A program made the translations under genes and the position numbers. Shown here piece after piece: positions 1 to 9,777 of a DNA stretch of 64,000 nucleotides. This DNA is from an uncultured bacterium (lineage in GTDB: Bacteria > Planctomycetota > UBA1135 > GCA-002686595). The DNA lies in assembly GCA_943787795.1 (NCBI GenBank), contig CALSNU010000005.1:32001-96000 (forward strand). The letters are read 5' to 3'. The notes beneath the pieces are model-generated. The model was not told the origin of the DNA and made no database searches. It worked only from the letters and a program-made list of their open reading frames with translations. Numbering within the stretch: the first letter of the stretch is position 1; each line of letters opens with the position of its first letter.

Positions 1-1
1 T

Positions 2-142
2 CCCAGGGTCGAGCTGCGGGTGAACGGTGTGCTGCAGAACACGGCGGACTGGTGCGAGGAGGTCTCCGGCCCCATCTGCCTCCAGTCCGAGGGGGCGGTG
101 ATCGAGTTTCGAGACATCCAGCTGCGCCGGATCGAGAGGTGA
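2..142 (+). CDS. 3' end of a DUF1080 (3-keto-disaccharide hydrolase) family protein, partial
   Basis: Manual translation PRVELRVNGVLQNTADWCEEVSGPICLQSEGAVIEFRDIQLRRIER*. The VNG...G-I-LQSEG-I-FR-I pattern is typical of the DUF1080 C-terminus. Confidence 0.75.
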   Translation, partial: PRVELRVNGVLQNTADWCEEVSGPICLQSEGAVIEFRDIQLRRIER

Positions 143-206
143 TGCGGGGCTAGAGGGCTCTTCCAGATGTCTGTTCTAGAGGTCCGAGGTGCGGCTTTTT
201 GGCTCT

Positions 207-227
207 ATTTGCGAATGAGTCTCAAAT
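207..227. promoter_or_regulatory. Fur-box-like imperfect palindrome
   Basis: ATTTGCGAAT-G-AGTCTCAAAT, a 10-1-10 inverted repeat with 2 mismatches. AT-rich in a GC-rich genome and about 100 nt upstream of the porin gene. Confidence 0.55.
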
Positions 228-236
228 GCGCTTGCT

Positions 237-253
237 CTGAGAACGGATCTCAG
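237..253. promoter_or_regulatory. second Fur-box-like palindrome
   Basis: CTGAGAAC-G-GATCTCAG, 8-1-8 with one mismatch. Same spacing and a similar TG(A/C)GA...TCTCA core to the first box. Confidence 0.5.
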
Positions 254-326
254 TTGTGGTCTCTCGCATCGCCAAGCGTCACTCCCCGACGCGCGCCTGC
301 CGGCCTCCTTCACAGGACCGTTGACC

Positions 327-1610
327 ATGTTCTCGCTCGCTCTCCTGACCGCCCTCGCCCCCGCCCCTCAGGCGGGTCAACAGCCTGCCGCTGACGACAT
401 CGAGGCCCGCCTCCGCGCCCTGGAAGCGGACCGTGACCGGATCTCCGCCGAGCTCGAGGCGGCCATGGACGCTCTCGCGGACGCTGAGGTCGACGTGGCT
501 CCCGCCTCCGAGGTGGACGAGCAGAAGAAGGCCGCCTGGGAGGCGTTGGCCAGCCGTAACCTCGCGCCGCGGGCCTCGGCGGTCTACTCCGCCGACGGCC
601 TCTCCTTCGGCGGCTACGGCGAGTTCCTCGGCGAGGCGACCCGGAATCAGAGCGGGGACGACTTCGACGCCCTGCGCTGGGTCATGTACTTCGGCAGCCG
701 CTTCTCGGACGACTGGATCTTCAACTCGGAGATCGAGATCGAGCACGGCACCACCGGCGCCACCTCGGCGACCACGGACTCCGCGGGCAGCGTGTCCGTG
801 GAGTTTGCCTACCTGGACCACCTGCTGACGGACACCACCGCGCTCCGCGGCGGCGTCGTCCTCGTGCCGCTTGGCTTCATCAACGAGCGCCACGAGCCGA
901 CCACCTTCCTGGCCTCCGCCCGGCCCGAGACCGAGAAGCGCATCATCCCCTCGACGTGGCGCTCGACCGGGATCGGCGGCTACGGCCAGCTCGGCGACTT
1001 CGCGTGGACCGGCTACGCCATCAACGGCCTGAACGGTGAGGAGTTCAACGCCGACGGCGTCCGCGGCGGCCGCCAGAAGGCGAACCGCGCCTCCATCGAC
1101 ACGGTCGCGCTCACGGGCCGCCTCGACTACATCGCGATCCCCGGCGTCACCCTCGGCGCGTCGATCTTCCACGGCAACTCGGGGGTCAACACACCCGAGG
1201 ATCTGGGGACGACGATCTGGGATCTCCACGGCGAGTGGAACGAGGGGCCGTGGACGGTCCGCGGGCTCTACGCGTCCTCGGACATCGACGACACCGCCGC
1301 GTTCAACGCCCGGACCGGGGAGAACCTCGCGGAGCAGATGCGGGGCTGGTACCTCGAGGCGGGCTATGACCTGTTCTCGTTCATCGACTCGCCCGCGGGG
1401 CAGAGCCTCGATGCGTTCGTGCGCTACGAGGACCTCGACACCCAGGCCAAGATGGCCACCGGCTTCTCACCCTCCGGCGGGAAGGTCGACACCTACACGA
1501 CCATGGGTCTCAACTACCGCCCCCTCGACCAGGTGGTCCTCAAGACGGACTACACGGTGCTCGACGAGGGCGATGACGTGTACCGCTTCCTGATTGGCTA
1601 CGCCTTCTGA
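327..1610 (+). CDS. outer-membrane porin / beta-barrel protein with N-terminal coiled coil
   Basis: Signal peptide, coiled-coil segment, FGGYGE start of the barrel, alternating aromatic strands and C-terminal IGYAF. ATG at 327 follows AGGA. Confidence 0.8.
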   Translation: MFSLALLTALAPAPQAGQQPAADDIEARLRALEADRDRISAELEAAMDALADAEVDVAPASEVDEQKKAAWEALASRNLAPRASAVYSADGLSFGGYGEFLGEATRNQSGDDFDALRWVMYFGSRFSDDWIFNSEIEIEHGTTGATSATTDSAGSVSVEFAYLDHLLTDTTALRGGVVLVPLGFINERHEPTTFLASARPETEKRIIPSTWRSTGIGGYGQLGDFAWTGYAINGLNGEEFNADGVRGGRQKANRASIDTVALTGRLDYIAIPGVTLGASIFHGNSGVNTPEDLGTTIWDLHGEWNEGPWTVRGLYASSDIDDTAAFNARTGENLAEQMRGWYLEAGYDLFSFIDSPAGQSLDAFVRYEDLDTQAKMATGFSPSGGKVDTYTTMGLNYRPLDQVVLKTDYTVLDEGDDVYRFLIGYAF

Positions 1611-1617
1611 TCCCGCC

Positions 1618-2217
1618 ATGCTGCGCCTCCGAACCCTGCTGCCCCTCGCCCTCACGGCCATCGTCCTCTCCTTCGACTCCGCCTGGAGCCGGGGGGGGAG
1701 CGAGGTCATAGACCAGGCCCTCGAGCGGGCGTTCCCGGGCTGCACCATCGAGCGCGTGGTCTGCCGCCTCGGGGACCCCGAGCGGGCGAAGGTCAACAAG
1801 CTCGCCGACCAGAAGAAGTTCCGCAAGAAGACCACCTTCGCGTACGTCGCGCGCCGCAAGGGCGAGGTCGTTGGCACCGCCTTCTTCGACTCCCACGTCG
1901 TGCGTTCGAAGCGCGAGACGCTGATGGTGGCGGTGAACCCGGACGGCGACCTGCGCTGTGTGGACACCGTGGCCTTCGCCGAGCCTCCGGAGTACCTGGC
2001 CCAGGACGCCTTCTACGACTCGCTCAAGGGGCGCGAGCAGGGCCGGCCTCTGACGCTCGGCCGCGGCCTGGACGGCACGACCGGAGCGACCCTGACCTGC
2101 CGCGCGGTGGCCAATGCGTCCCGGCGGGCGCTCGCCCTGCACGAGGTGCTCGGGGCGAAGGTCGGCCGTGTGAAGAAGGTCCAGCGGGGAAGCGCCGCGA
2201 CGCTCGCGGTCCCTTGA
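1618..2217 (+). CDS. exported FMN-binding domain protein (flavinylation substrate)
   Basis: Signal peptide. The C-terminal DGTTGATLT contains the [S/T]GA[S/T] ApbE flavinylation motif. Also has an F-EPPEY motif. Confidence 0.8.
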   Translation: MLRLRTLLPLALTAIVLSFDSAWSRGGSEVIDQALERAFPGCTIERVVCRLGDPERAKVNKLADQKKFRKKTTFAYVARRKGEVVGTAFFDSHVVRSKRETLMVAVNPDGDLRCVDTVAFAEPPEYLAQDAFYDSLKGREQGRPLTLGRGLDGTTGATLTCRAVANASRRALALHEVLGAKVGRVKKVQRGSAATLAVP

Positions 2218-2247
2218 CTCCCTGAGCCTGGCGAATACGGTGCTCAC

Positions 2248-2757
2248 GTGAGCCGCCTCTCCGCACGCCTCCTCCACATCGCGTCGTTCCTTGTCATCGG
2301 GAGCGGCGCGATCTGGGCGTACCTGCGCTACGTACACGACCTCGGCCCCGAACCCGAGGATCCGGTGCTGGCGATGGAGTGGAGCGGGATCCACCCGTGG
2401 GAGCCGGCGCTTCGCAACTTGCACCTCGTCGCCGCGCCGCTCCTCGTCTTCGCCGTCGGACTCATCTGGAGCGGTCACGTCGCGCCGAGGCTCCTCCGGC
2501 CCTGGGCCCGCCGGGCGACGGGGCTCGGGCTGGCGCTCCTCTTCGGGCCGATGGTGCTCACCGGGGTCCTGCTGCAGGTCGCCGAATCCGAGGCGAGCCG
2601 CACGCTCTGGGCGTGGGCCCACGGGCTCTCCTCGCTGGTCTGGGCAGGGGCCTACCTGGCCCACCAGCTGCGTCCCAAGGGGCGCCGGGTCGCGGTGGAA
2701 CAAGATCCGGCTTCCCGTGAATCGTCCGCGGCCTCGGGCGTATCGTCGTCCAAATGA
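2248..2757 (+). CDS. 4-TM membrane protein with membrane-associated histidines (possible cytochrome b-like)
   Basis: Four hydrophobic helices with His in LHLV, GHV, AHG and AHQ. Directly follows the FMN-binding gene. Confidence 0.65.
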   Translation: MSRLSARLLHIASFLVIGSGAIWAYLRYVHDLGPEPEDPVLAMEWSGIHPWEPALRNLHLVAAPLLVFAVGLIWSGHVAPRLLRPWARRATGLGLALLFGPMVLTGVLLQVAESEASRTLWAWAHGLSSLVWAGAYLAHQLRPKGRRVAVEQDPASRESSAASGVSSSK

Positions 2758-3371
2758 CGTCCACGAAGTGCAGCGAGTGCGGCGCCGCGGCGCGGACCGA
2801 GGAGGATCGGTTCTGCGCCTACTGCGGGGCGCGCTTCCCCGAGCCAGCGGCCCCTCCGGTGGTGAGCGCGGCGGACGAGCGCCAGGCGCGCCTGGAGGTC
2901 CTCCTCGGGCGGCGGGAGGTTCAGGCGGAGCTTGGGCGGCAGGTCTCCACCGCGCCGCTCGCCACCCGGCAAGGCCTCGGGCTGATCCCGATCGGCTTCG
3001 CGGTGGTCGTGGCAGGGTTCATCGCGTCGACCGCGTCCGGGATCGGCGCCCCGGGGCTCTTCTCCCTCGTGCCCGCCGTGATGGTCATCGTGCTCGTGGT
3101 GAAGGCCCTCGGGAGAGGGGCGAAGACGGTCGAGCTCGCGTCGTCGCCCTCGAAGGCGCAGGTCGCGGAGATTCGTGACGTCCAGACCGAGACCACGGGG
3201 CACGGGGAGCACCTGAGCTCGGTCCGCCGGGTCATCATCGAACACGAGGGCGGCTCCCGGACCAACCTCGAGGTCCCGGACGCGCTCGCGCGCCGCCTCG
3301 CGCCGGGCGACACCGGGGTCGCGCACCATGCTGGCGGGCACCTCCTCGCCTTCAAGCGCTTCGAGGTCTGA
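2754..3371 (+). CDS. zinc-ribbon membrane protein
   Basis: N-terminal CSECG...FCAYCG, two TM helices and a small C-terminal beta domain. ATGA overlap with the upstream gene. Confidence 0.75.
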   Translation: MTSTKCSECGAAARTEEDRFCAYCGARFPEPAAPPVVSAADERQARLEVLLGRREVQAELGRQVSTAPLATRQGLGLIPIGFAVVVAGFIASTASGIGAPGLFSLVPAVMVIVLVVKALGRGAKTVELASSPSKAQVAEIRDVQTETTGHGEHLSSVRRVIIEHEGGSRTNLEVPDALARRLAPGDTGVAHHAGGHLLAFKRFEV

Positions 3372-3403
3372 GCGCGGCGAGGTGGGTGTCGCGAGGGCGA
3401 GGC

Positions 3404-5119
3404 TCAGCGCCGGACCAAGAACTGGACCTGCAGCCCCTCGGGCCCGTCCACCACGGTGATGAGGTCAAGGCGACCGTCGCCATCAAGGTCGCGGGCGCGC
3501 ACGCCCCGGTCGTCCTTGCCGGGCCAGGTGGGGAACGTGGCGACCGGCGTCTTCCCTGCGGTCGCGTCGCGCAGCCCCTTTCCAGGTGCGACCGCAAATC
3601 GATCGAGCTCCCCGAGGTCGATGACGCTCTCCTCGCCGTCGCCGAGGCGATCGAGGTCGTTGAGCACGACCTTCTCGATGATGCCGTCCACGCCGTCCTC
3701 CACGGAGAGGTCCTCGAAGCGCTGCTGGGCGGGGGCGCAGTTGGCGAAGATCATCAGCTGATCGTCCACCACGTCGACGATGTCGTTCGCCTCGCCGTCG
3801 CCGTCCCAGTCGAGCCTGCGGGCGGGGATGTCCCACTGGGCCTCGAGCTGCTCGGAGACCTCCTCGAACTCGTTCATGAGCTTGAAGATGCGCGGGATCC
3901 GCAGGGCCAGGGTCGTCCGGCGGGTGGGGCGTCGGTCGAAGGTGCCCCCCTTGTTCTCGTAGGTGAAGACGTCGAAGTCCAGCTTGCCGGGCACCACGAG
4001 GAACTTCACCAGCTGCGCCAGTGAGATGCGCTCGCCGCGCACGATCTGGAGGTCGGGCGCGTCGTCCCCGAGCACGTCGCGCACGAAGAAGTAGAGCACG
4101 TTCCCCGAGGCCTTGAGGACCTGGTCCGGGGCGCCGGAGGGGCCCGCGAGGGTCGCGCCGCGGTAGACCTTGAAGGTGCCCTCGGAGCTCACGATGAGGT
4201 CCCTGGGCCCCTCGCCGTCGAGGTCGACCGCGCGCCACTGGGCGAGCCCGCTGACCGCGCCCAGGAGGTTGTCGAGGTCGAGGTCGCTGGCTGACGGCGC
4301 GCTCCGCAGCTCGGAGAGGTCCAGGCTCCAGGTCGGCCGCGCGTCGATCTCGGGCTTCGCGAGGTGGAAGGCCACCCGCTCCGAGGTCTCGGACACCAGG
4401 TCGAGCTGCCCGTCCCCGTCGATGTCGTCCATGCTGAACCAGGGGACGCGCACCCGCTGGGAGAACGTGGACGAGAGGCGGTCGGGGTCGCCCGTCCGGT
4501 AGTCGATCTCGGGCTCGTACTCGACCTCGATCGGGTCGGACCAGACGAGCCTCCCGGCGTCATCCAGGCCCCGGTTGAGGCGCATGTGAAAGCGGCCGGG
4601 ACCGGGGAGGACGAGGTCGAGCCGGCCGTCCTCGTCCAGGTCGCGGGTGAACGGGACGCGCACGGTGGCCGCGGGCAGGTACATGCCCGTCTCGAGCACG
4701 GCCTCGGGCTCGGACCACGCGCCTGCGGGAGTGAACGAGCGGCGGACCAGGGTCTTCCCGTCCGAGACCATCAGGACCTCGACACGTCCGTCGCCGTCCA
4801 GGTCGGCGAGGTCCCAGCCCGTGCTGCCGGCGGGCCACTCCAGGAGCGCCCCGGCGGCGGCGTACTTGCCCTCGGCGTCCAGGACCTGGGCGAGGATGCC
4901 GGCCGAGGTCAGGGAGAGCAGCTCGATCCGGCCGTCGCCCGTCAGGTCGCGGAGGGCGAGGAGCCCTCCCTTCTTCGCCACGGCGAGTCGGGTCTCCACG
5001 AAGTCCCTGTCCTGCCGGGGGGAGAGGGACGCGGGCCGGATGGGTGAGGCCGCGTGGGCGGCGCTGCCGGTCGCTGCGAGGAGCGCAGCGAGTCCGTGGG
5101 TGAGGCTCTTGAGCGTCAT
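3404..5119 (-). CDS. secreted FG-GAP/VCBS repeat protein
   Basis: Signal peptide ending AHA. Many D-L-D-G-D-G-R-x-D-L repeats. Confidence 0.85.
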   Translation of the reverse strand: MTLKSLTHGLAALLAATGSAAHAASPIRPASLSPRQDRDFVETRLAVAKKGGLLALRDLTGDGRIELLSLTSAGILAQVLDAEGKYAAAGALLEWPAGSTGWDLADLDGDGRVEVLMVSDGKTLVRRSFTPAGAWSEPEAVLETGMYLPAATVRVPFTRDLDEDGRLDLVLPGPGRFHMRLNRGLDDAGRLVWSDPIEVEYEPEIDYRTGDPDRLSSTFSQRVRVPWFSMDDIDGDGQLDLVSETSERVAFHLAKPEIDARPTWSLDLSELRSAPSASDLDLDNLLGAVSGLAQWRAVDLDGEGPRDLIVSSEGTFKVYRGATLAGPSGAPDQVLKASGNVLYFFVRDVLGDDAPDLQIVRGERISLAQLVKFLVVPGKLDFDVFTYENKGGTFDRRPTRRTTLALRIPRIFKLMNEFEEVSEQLEAQWDIPARRLDWDGDGEANDIVDVVDDQLMIFANCAPAQQRFEDLSVEDGVDGIIEKVVLNDLDRLGDGEESVIDLGELDRFAVAPGKGLRDATAGKTPVATFPTWPGKDDRGVRARDLDGDGRLDLITVVDGPEGLQVQFLVRR

Positions 5120-6690
5120 CGTTGCTGGGAGAGGTAGACGGTGAGGACGGAGTCCGCGGCGCTCACGATGTCACCGATGCCGTCGCCGTTCAGGTCCATC
5201 ACGGTGAGCGACTGGACGGACCCCCGCGCGGAGTACTGCTTCCAGTAGCCCTCGTCGATCTGCCAGCTGTCTCCGCCGAACAGCGACGAGGTCTTCCGCA
5301 GCCGTCGGACCCCAAGGCGGCCCTTGAGGTCGACCTCCACGAGGTCGGCGACCCCGTCCCCGCTGCAGTCCATGGAGAGGTCGCGGTTCGCGATGATCTC
5401 GCGGATCGAGTTCTCGTCGAACGTGCGCTCGCTCTTGAGGGCGGGGCGGCGGTCGAAGAGCCCCTTCTTGGTCCCCAGGTAGAGCAGGTACGAGTAGCGG
5501 AACTCGAGGCCGGTGACCGTCTCGATCATGCTCGGCATCTCGAAGCGCCGCAGGGCGAGGTCGGGGCGTCCGTCGCCGTCCACGTCCGCGACGGTCGCCC
5601 GCAGCTCCGCGCCCTCGAACCGCAGCACCTGGGAGGGCTTCGCCGGGATCAACGCTTCGGGGGTCGAGCGCATCACGTAGATGCGCCACTGGCCGTTCTC
5701 GAGCTCACCGCTCTCTGCCTGCCAGAGCCCGACCAGGTCGAGGCGTCCATCCCCGTCCACGTCGACGAGGCGGAGGGCTGCGTCCTGGTCTCCCGACCGC
5801 AGGTAGTCCGGGATGGGCTCCACCCGCGTGGGGCGGGCAGGGATGCCGGTGGGGCCGCTCAGGTGGACCCGGAGCTCGTCGTCCCCGACGAGCAGGAGGT
5901 CGTCGCGCCCGTCCCCGTTCAGGTCCACGATCGCGGGGGCCTGGAGGCTGGTGGTGTCGTTCACCAGGGCGTCCCCGAGGCCTTCGCCCAGGAACGGCTG
6001 GAAGCGATCGCCCACGGTCACCTCGAAGCGCGTCTCACGCTCCCTGTTCCGCGCGCGAGCCTCGTCGGCGCGCTGGTTGTTGTCCTCGGGGTCGGTGGCG
6101 GCCGTGATCCGCTGAGCGGTGAAGTCCGCGGCGGAGGCGTAGGGGAGGTCCCCCTCCGATGACCTCGTCGCCGCAGGGGCGATGACCTCGAAGCCGTCCC
6201 GGCGCGGGAGCAACAGGTGGTCGAGCTGCCCCTCGCCGCTCTGGATCACGTAGTCCCAGTAGGGCAGCTGCCGCGTGGTCGGGAAGTCGAACATGAGCTG
6301 GACCCTGGCGAGGCGCTCGATGTTGCCCTTGTAGCTGGTCCGCCGCGGGTCAAACGACCAGGCGCCCTGGCGGGTCAGGAGCACGAGCTCGCGGCCGTCG
6401 AGGTCCGCCCGGACGTCAGCGAAGGTCCAGGCGACGATGTCCTTGAGGACGGGGATCTTGCGGAACGGCTCCGGCTCGATTGCCCGCGCGCTGCAGCGGA
6501 AGAGCTGCAGCTCCCTGGATCCCGAGGGCGTCCGCAGGGACAGGACGAGCTCCGTCTGGCCGTCCTGTTCGAGGTCGACGAAGCGCCAGTCGAGGATCGA
6601 GCCCTCCACACGGACGGAGGCGTCGATGAACGACGCATCTCCGCCGCCGGCGAGCGCGGCGACCCCGAGGAGCGTGGGGAGGAGGCTCAT
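5116..6690 (-). CDS. secreted FG-GAP/VCBS repeat protein
   Basis: Start MSLLPTLLG at 6690 overlaps the upstream stop (ATGA). Repeats DLNGDGRDDL, DVDGDGRLDL, DVDGDGRPDL and DLNGDGIGDI. Confidence 0.85.
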   Translation of the reverse strand: MSLLPTLLGVAALAGGGDASFIDASVRVEGSILDWRFVDLEQDGQTELVLSLRTPSGSRELQLFRCSARAIEPEPFRKIPVLKDIVAWTFADVRADLDGRELVLLTRQGAWSFDPRRTSYKGNIERLARVQLMFDFPTTRQLPYWDYVIQSGEGQLDHLLLPRRDGFEVIAPAATRSSEGDLPYASAADFTAQRITAATDPEDNNQRADEARARNRERETRFEVTVGDRFQPFLGEGLGDALVNDTTSLQAPAIVDLNGDGRDDLLLVGDDELRVHLSGPTGIPARPTRVEPIPDYLRSGDQDAALRLVDVDGDGRLDLVGLWQAESGELENGQWRIYVMRSTPEALIPAKPSQVLRFEGAELRATVADVDGDGRPDLALRRFEMPSMIETVTGLEFRYSYLLYLGTKKGLFDRRPALKSERTFDENSIREIIANRDLSMDCSGDGVADLVEVDLKGRLGVRRLRKTSSLFGGDSWQIDEGYWKQYSARGSVQSLTVMDLNGDGIGDIVSAADSVLTVYLSQQR

Positions 6691-7601
6691 CCGTCCAGCT
6701 CCCCGACGCCGGTGTTCCACTGGAAGAAGCGCAGCACGCTGGTCCGCTTCTCGCCGCCGTCTCGCGAGTAGCGCAGCAGGGAGATGAAGTAGAGGTCCAG
6801 GAGGACGAAGGACGTGCGCGACCGATCGGCCGTCGAGGTGTAGGTCGTGAGGATGGGCACGGAGGCGCGCGTGACCCGGCGACCCTCCCCGAGCAGGGAC
6901 ACCGAACGGGACCCGTTCGTGCCGTCATCTCCCTCGGTGGTGAAGGTCACCTTGGTCCCGGGCTCCGTGGCGACCAGCCGACGAACCAGGCCGCGCCCGG
7001 AGACGATGGGCTCTCCGTCGAGGGCCACGACCCTCGTTCCGACCGGCAGCCCACGCAGCGGACCTTTGGGGTTGCTGGCGACGAGGACGGCCCCCTTCGA
7101 GGTGCCCCAGGCCCCGAGGGTGCGCGCGGTATCCATGACGAAGAGGGCCTCGGCAGGAGCCGCGGCGCTGGCGCCGGCCTCCACGGCGGCCTCGACCTTG
7201 AAGACGGTGTCGCCGCGCTGGACCCGCAGGGTCGCCGGCACCCCGGCCTCGAAGCCCTCGAGGAGAGCCGTGAGGTCCTCGGGGACCGCCAGCTCGGTAC
7301 CGTTGAAGTCCAGCAAGATGTCGTCGGTCTGAATCCCGGCGGCAGCTGCGGGGGAGCGCTCGGTGACGGTGTGCACTCGAACACCGGGGTCAAAGGACAG
7401 GCTCTCGAGGGAGCCGCTGTCATTCTCGCGCACCTCGACTCCCAGGAAGGCGGACGAGCCGGCCTCAGGGATCGCCCACTCGAGGGTCTCGGGGAGCGGG
7501 TCCGGAATGGTCCGCTCCGGCGCGTACTGACACGATGCAGCGGCGGCGAGGAGACAGAGAGCGAGTGCGGGGCGCAGGCGCGCAGGGGAGGGGAGAGCCA
7601 T
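6687..7601 (-). CDS. PDZ-domain lipoprotein (two PDZ-like domains)
   Basis: Lipobox AAASC. FLGV...GVRV..V...SPAAAAGIQTDDILL.FNG is a PDZ signature, followed by a second degenerate PDZ. Confidence 0.8.
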   Translation of the reverse strand: MALPSPARLRPALALCLLAAAASCQYAPERTIPDPLPETLEWAIPEAGSSAFLGVEVRENDSGSLESLSFDPGVRVHTVTERSPAAAAGIQTDDILLDFNGTELAVPEDLTALLEGFEAGVPATLRVQRGDTVFKVEAAVEAGASAAAPAEALFVMDTARTLGAWGTSKGAVLVASNPKGPLRGLPVGTRVVALDGEPIVSGRGLVRRLVATEPGTKVTFTTEGDDGTNGSRSVSLLGEGRRVTRASVPILTTYTSTADRSRTSFVLLDLYFISLLRYSRDGGEKRTSVLRFFQWNTGVGELDG

Positions 7602-7780
7602 CAGCGACGATGGTGAAGATTGAAAGGTCGTGGTTCCAGCGCTGTGCCGCTTCTACCTCGTAGCTCCTCCGTTATCCGTGCCGCCTGGACGGCTGCGCGC
7701 TTCGCCAGCGGATCCCCGTGGGGCCTGGCCGCGTCGGGCTGGGCGTGGCCGAAGGCTCCGTCTTCAGGGTCGCGCCTTGA

Positions 7781-7864
7781 GAGTGCGGCCAGAGGGGGGC
7801 GCCCAGAGAGGGCGGCCCGGGGAGGGCGGCCCGGGGAGGGCGGCCCGGGGAGAGCGGCCCAGAA
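7781..7864. repeat. 14-bp intergenic tandem repeat (AGGGCGGCCCGGGG)
   Basis: Three perfect copies at 7809-7850 plus degenerate flanking copies. Confidence 0.9.
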
Positions 7865-7888
7865 CGAAGACGGTCCAGCAAGGACGGT

Positions 7889-8746
7889 TCAGAGAGGACG
7901 GCGCCGCACGGCCAGCGCCGCAAGCAGGACGAAGGCGAGCCCCTCGAGGGGGGCGAGGACCAGCCCCATGTTGTGGATCGCGGGCGGCAGCCCCGCGTCG
8001 GAGTACCCGCCGGCGAACTTCACCATCTCGAACATGGCGGAGGCGTCGGCAAAGGTCGGCGCGTGGGAGGCGAAGACCCACCAGCTGGCCGCGCCGAAGT
8101 CGTCCTTGAACACGTCCCACACCAGGAGGGTCGCGAGCGATCCCGCGAGGGCCAGGACGGGACCCCTCGCAAGGCTCGAGATGAGGAGCCCGAAGGCGTG
8201 AATGGCCATCAGCCCGAGGCAGCACACGAGCAGCGCGCGCCGGAGCTCGGTCATGACCTCATCGGCGGTGAAGATCGGGTAGTCGTCCTGCACCAGGTCG
8301 CCGAAGTCCCCGCCCGCGGCGGATGTGGCGAGGAGCGCGGTCAGGCCCGCGAGCGTCACCATCCCAAGGACCAGGATGGGCCCGAGGAGGGCCCGGCCGA
8401 CCACCGCTCCAGACCTGGAGGCGGAGCGGGTCACGGCCAGCCGGAGGACGCCGGTCTCCCGGTCTCCTGCGATGGAGCGGGCTCCCTGCACGAGGAGCAG
8501 CGCGGTGGCGAGCATCATCCCGGCCCGCCAACCACTCACGAGCATGGCCCAGCCCGTGCCTTCGCTGAGGCCGCTCGACGTCGCGCCGGAGCCCATGGCC
8601 TGGATGGCCTTCGCCCGCTCGGCGAAGGACGCCGCCCAGATCCGGAGCGCGGGGACCGCGATGATCATGAGCGCGCCGACCCACGCCGCCCGGGAGGCGA
8701 GCATGCGCATGAACTCGGCGCGCAGGACGCGGAGGGCGCCGTTCAT
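7889..8746 (-). CDS. ABC-2 type exporter permease
   Basis: About six TM helices. LRAEF N-terminus and GDRETGVLRL motif. Coupled to the ATPase gene. Confidence 0.85.
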   Translation of the reverse strand: MNGALRVLRAEFMRMLASRAAWVGALMIIAVPALRIWAASFAERAKAIQAMGSGATSSGLSEGTGWAMLVSGWRAGMMLATALLLVQGARSIAGDRETGVLRLAVTRSASRSGAVVGRALLGPILVLGMVTLAGLTALLATSAAGGDFGDLVQDDYPIFTADEVMTELRRALLVCCLGLMAIHAFGLLISSLARGPVLALAGSLATLLVWDVFKDDFGAASWWVFASHAPTFADASAMFEMVKFAGGYSDAGLPPAIHNMGLVLAPLEGLAFVLLAALAVRRRPL

Positions 8747-9777
8747 CGGGACCCTCCTGCCGCGGCGCGGCGCTCCTCGACCAGCGCCTCGAAGGAGGCC
8801 TGCAGGCCCATCCGGGCCGCGGTGAAGTGGTGGAGTCCTGCGCCCGTGTCGGCGAGCCGTGATAGCAGCTCCTCGCCGCCGACCCCGGGGGCTTCGAGGA
8901 GCAGGGTCCCCTCACCGACGGGGCCGGGCTTGAGGGACCAGCCCTCATCGAGGCTCGCCCGGAGGGCGTCCTCGTCTCGCACGGCGATGGTCCAGGTGTC
9001 GTCCTGACCGAGGTAGGCGTCGAGCGGGGCCTCGCGGACCAGCTCGCCGTCGAGGATGACCGCCGCGTGGGTGAGGATCTCCTGCATCTCGTGCAGGCGG
9101 TGGCTGGAGAGCACGAGGGTCTGCCCGCCCGCCACGAGCTCCTCGAGGAGCTCGAGCATCCCGCGCACGCCCATGGGGTCGAGGCCGGAGAGGGGCTCGT
9201 CGAGCACGACGAGCTCCGGCTCGCCCATGATCGCGCCGGCGATGGCGAGCCGCTTCTCCTGGCCGAGGGAGAGGCCGCCGGCGCTGCGCCGCTCGAACCC
9301 CTCGAGGCCCACGCGCCGCAGGGCGTCCTTCATGTCCCGGCCGCCCGCGTGTCCGCGGAGCCTGGACTGGTAGGCGAGGTTCTGTGCGATGGTGTGCCCC
9401 TTGAGGAGCGCGGGCACGTCGAAGACGCAGCCGACCCGGCCCCGGGTTCGGTGGAGCGCGCTCGACGGAACGCCGAGGACCTCGCAGGTGCCCGAGGTGG
9501 GGGAGAGGAGGCCCAGGGCGCAGGACAGGGTGGTCGTCTTGCCGGAGCCGTTGGGACCCAGGAGGCCGTAGACCTGGCCAGGCTGGACGGTCAGGTCCAC
9601 GCCCTTGACGGCCTCGGTCGCGCCGTACCGCTTGCGCAGGCCGCGGACTCGCAGCGCGGCGCCAGCTTCTGCGCCCCGCGCTGCGTCGGTGTCCCGTGCT
9701 GCGTCGGTTTCCCGTGCCGCGTAGGTCTCCTGTGCCGCACCAGTGTCCCCGGCCTTTGTGTCTGATTCCCTCCCCAT
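8743..9777 (-). CDS. ABC exporter ATP-binding protein
   Basis: Walker A GPNGSGKTT, signature LSLGQ, Walker B VVLDEP and SSH switch. Start chosen at ATG 9777 after GAGGGG. Confidence 0.9.
   Translation of the reverse strand: MGRESDTKAGDTGAAQETYAARETDAARDTDAARGAEAGAALRVRGLRKRYGATEAVKGVDLTVQPGQVYGLLGPNGSGKTTTLSCALGLLSPTSGTCEVLGVPSSALHRTRGRVGCVFDVPALLKGHTIAQNLAYQSRLRGHAGGRDMKDALRRVGLEGFERRSAGGLSLGQEKRLAIAGAIMGEPELVVLDEPLSGLDPMGVRGMLELLEELVAGGQTLVLSSHRLHEMQEILTHAAVILDGELVREAPLDAYLGQDDTWTIAVRDEDALRASLDEGWSLKPGPVGEGTLLLEAPGVGGEELLSRLADTGAGLHHFTAARMGLQASFEALVEERRAAAGGSR

Noticed and set aside
2215..2250. UGA readthrough joining the FMN-binding and membrane protein genes (same frame, no intervening stop)
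   Set aside because: Both proteins look complete, the UGA follows a low-complexity tail, there is no clean SECIS-like hairpin, and a shared frame has a 1-in-3 chance.
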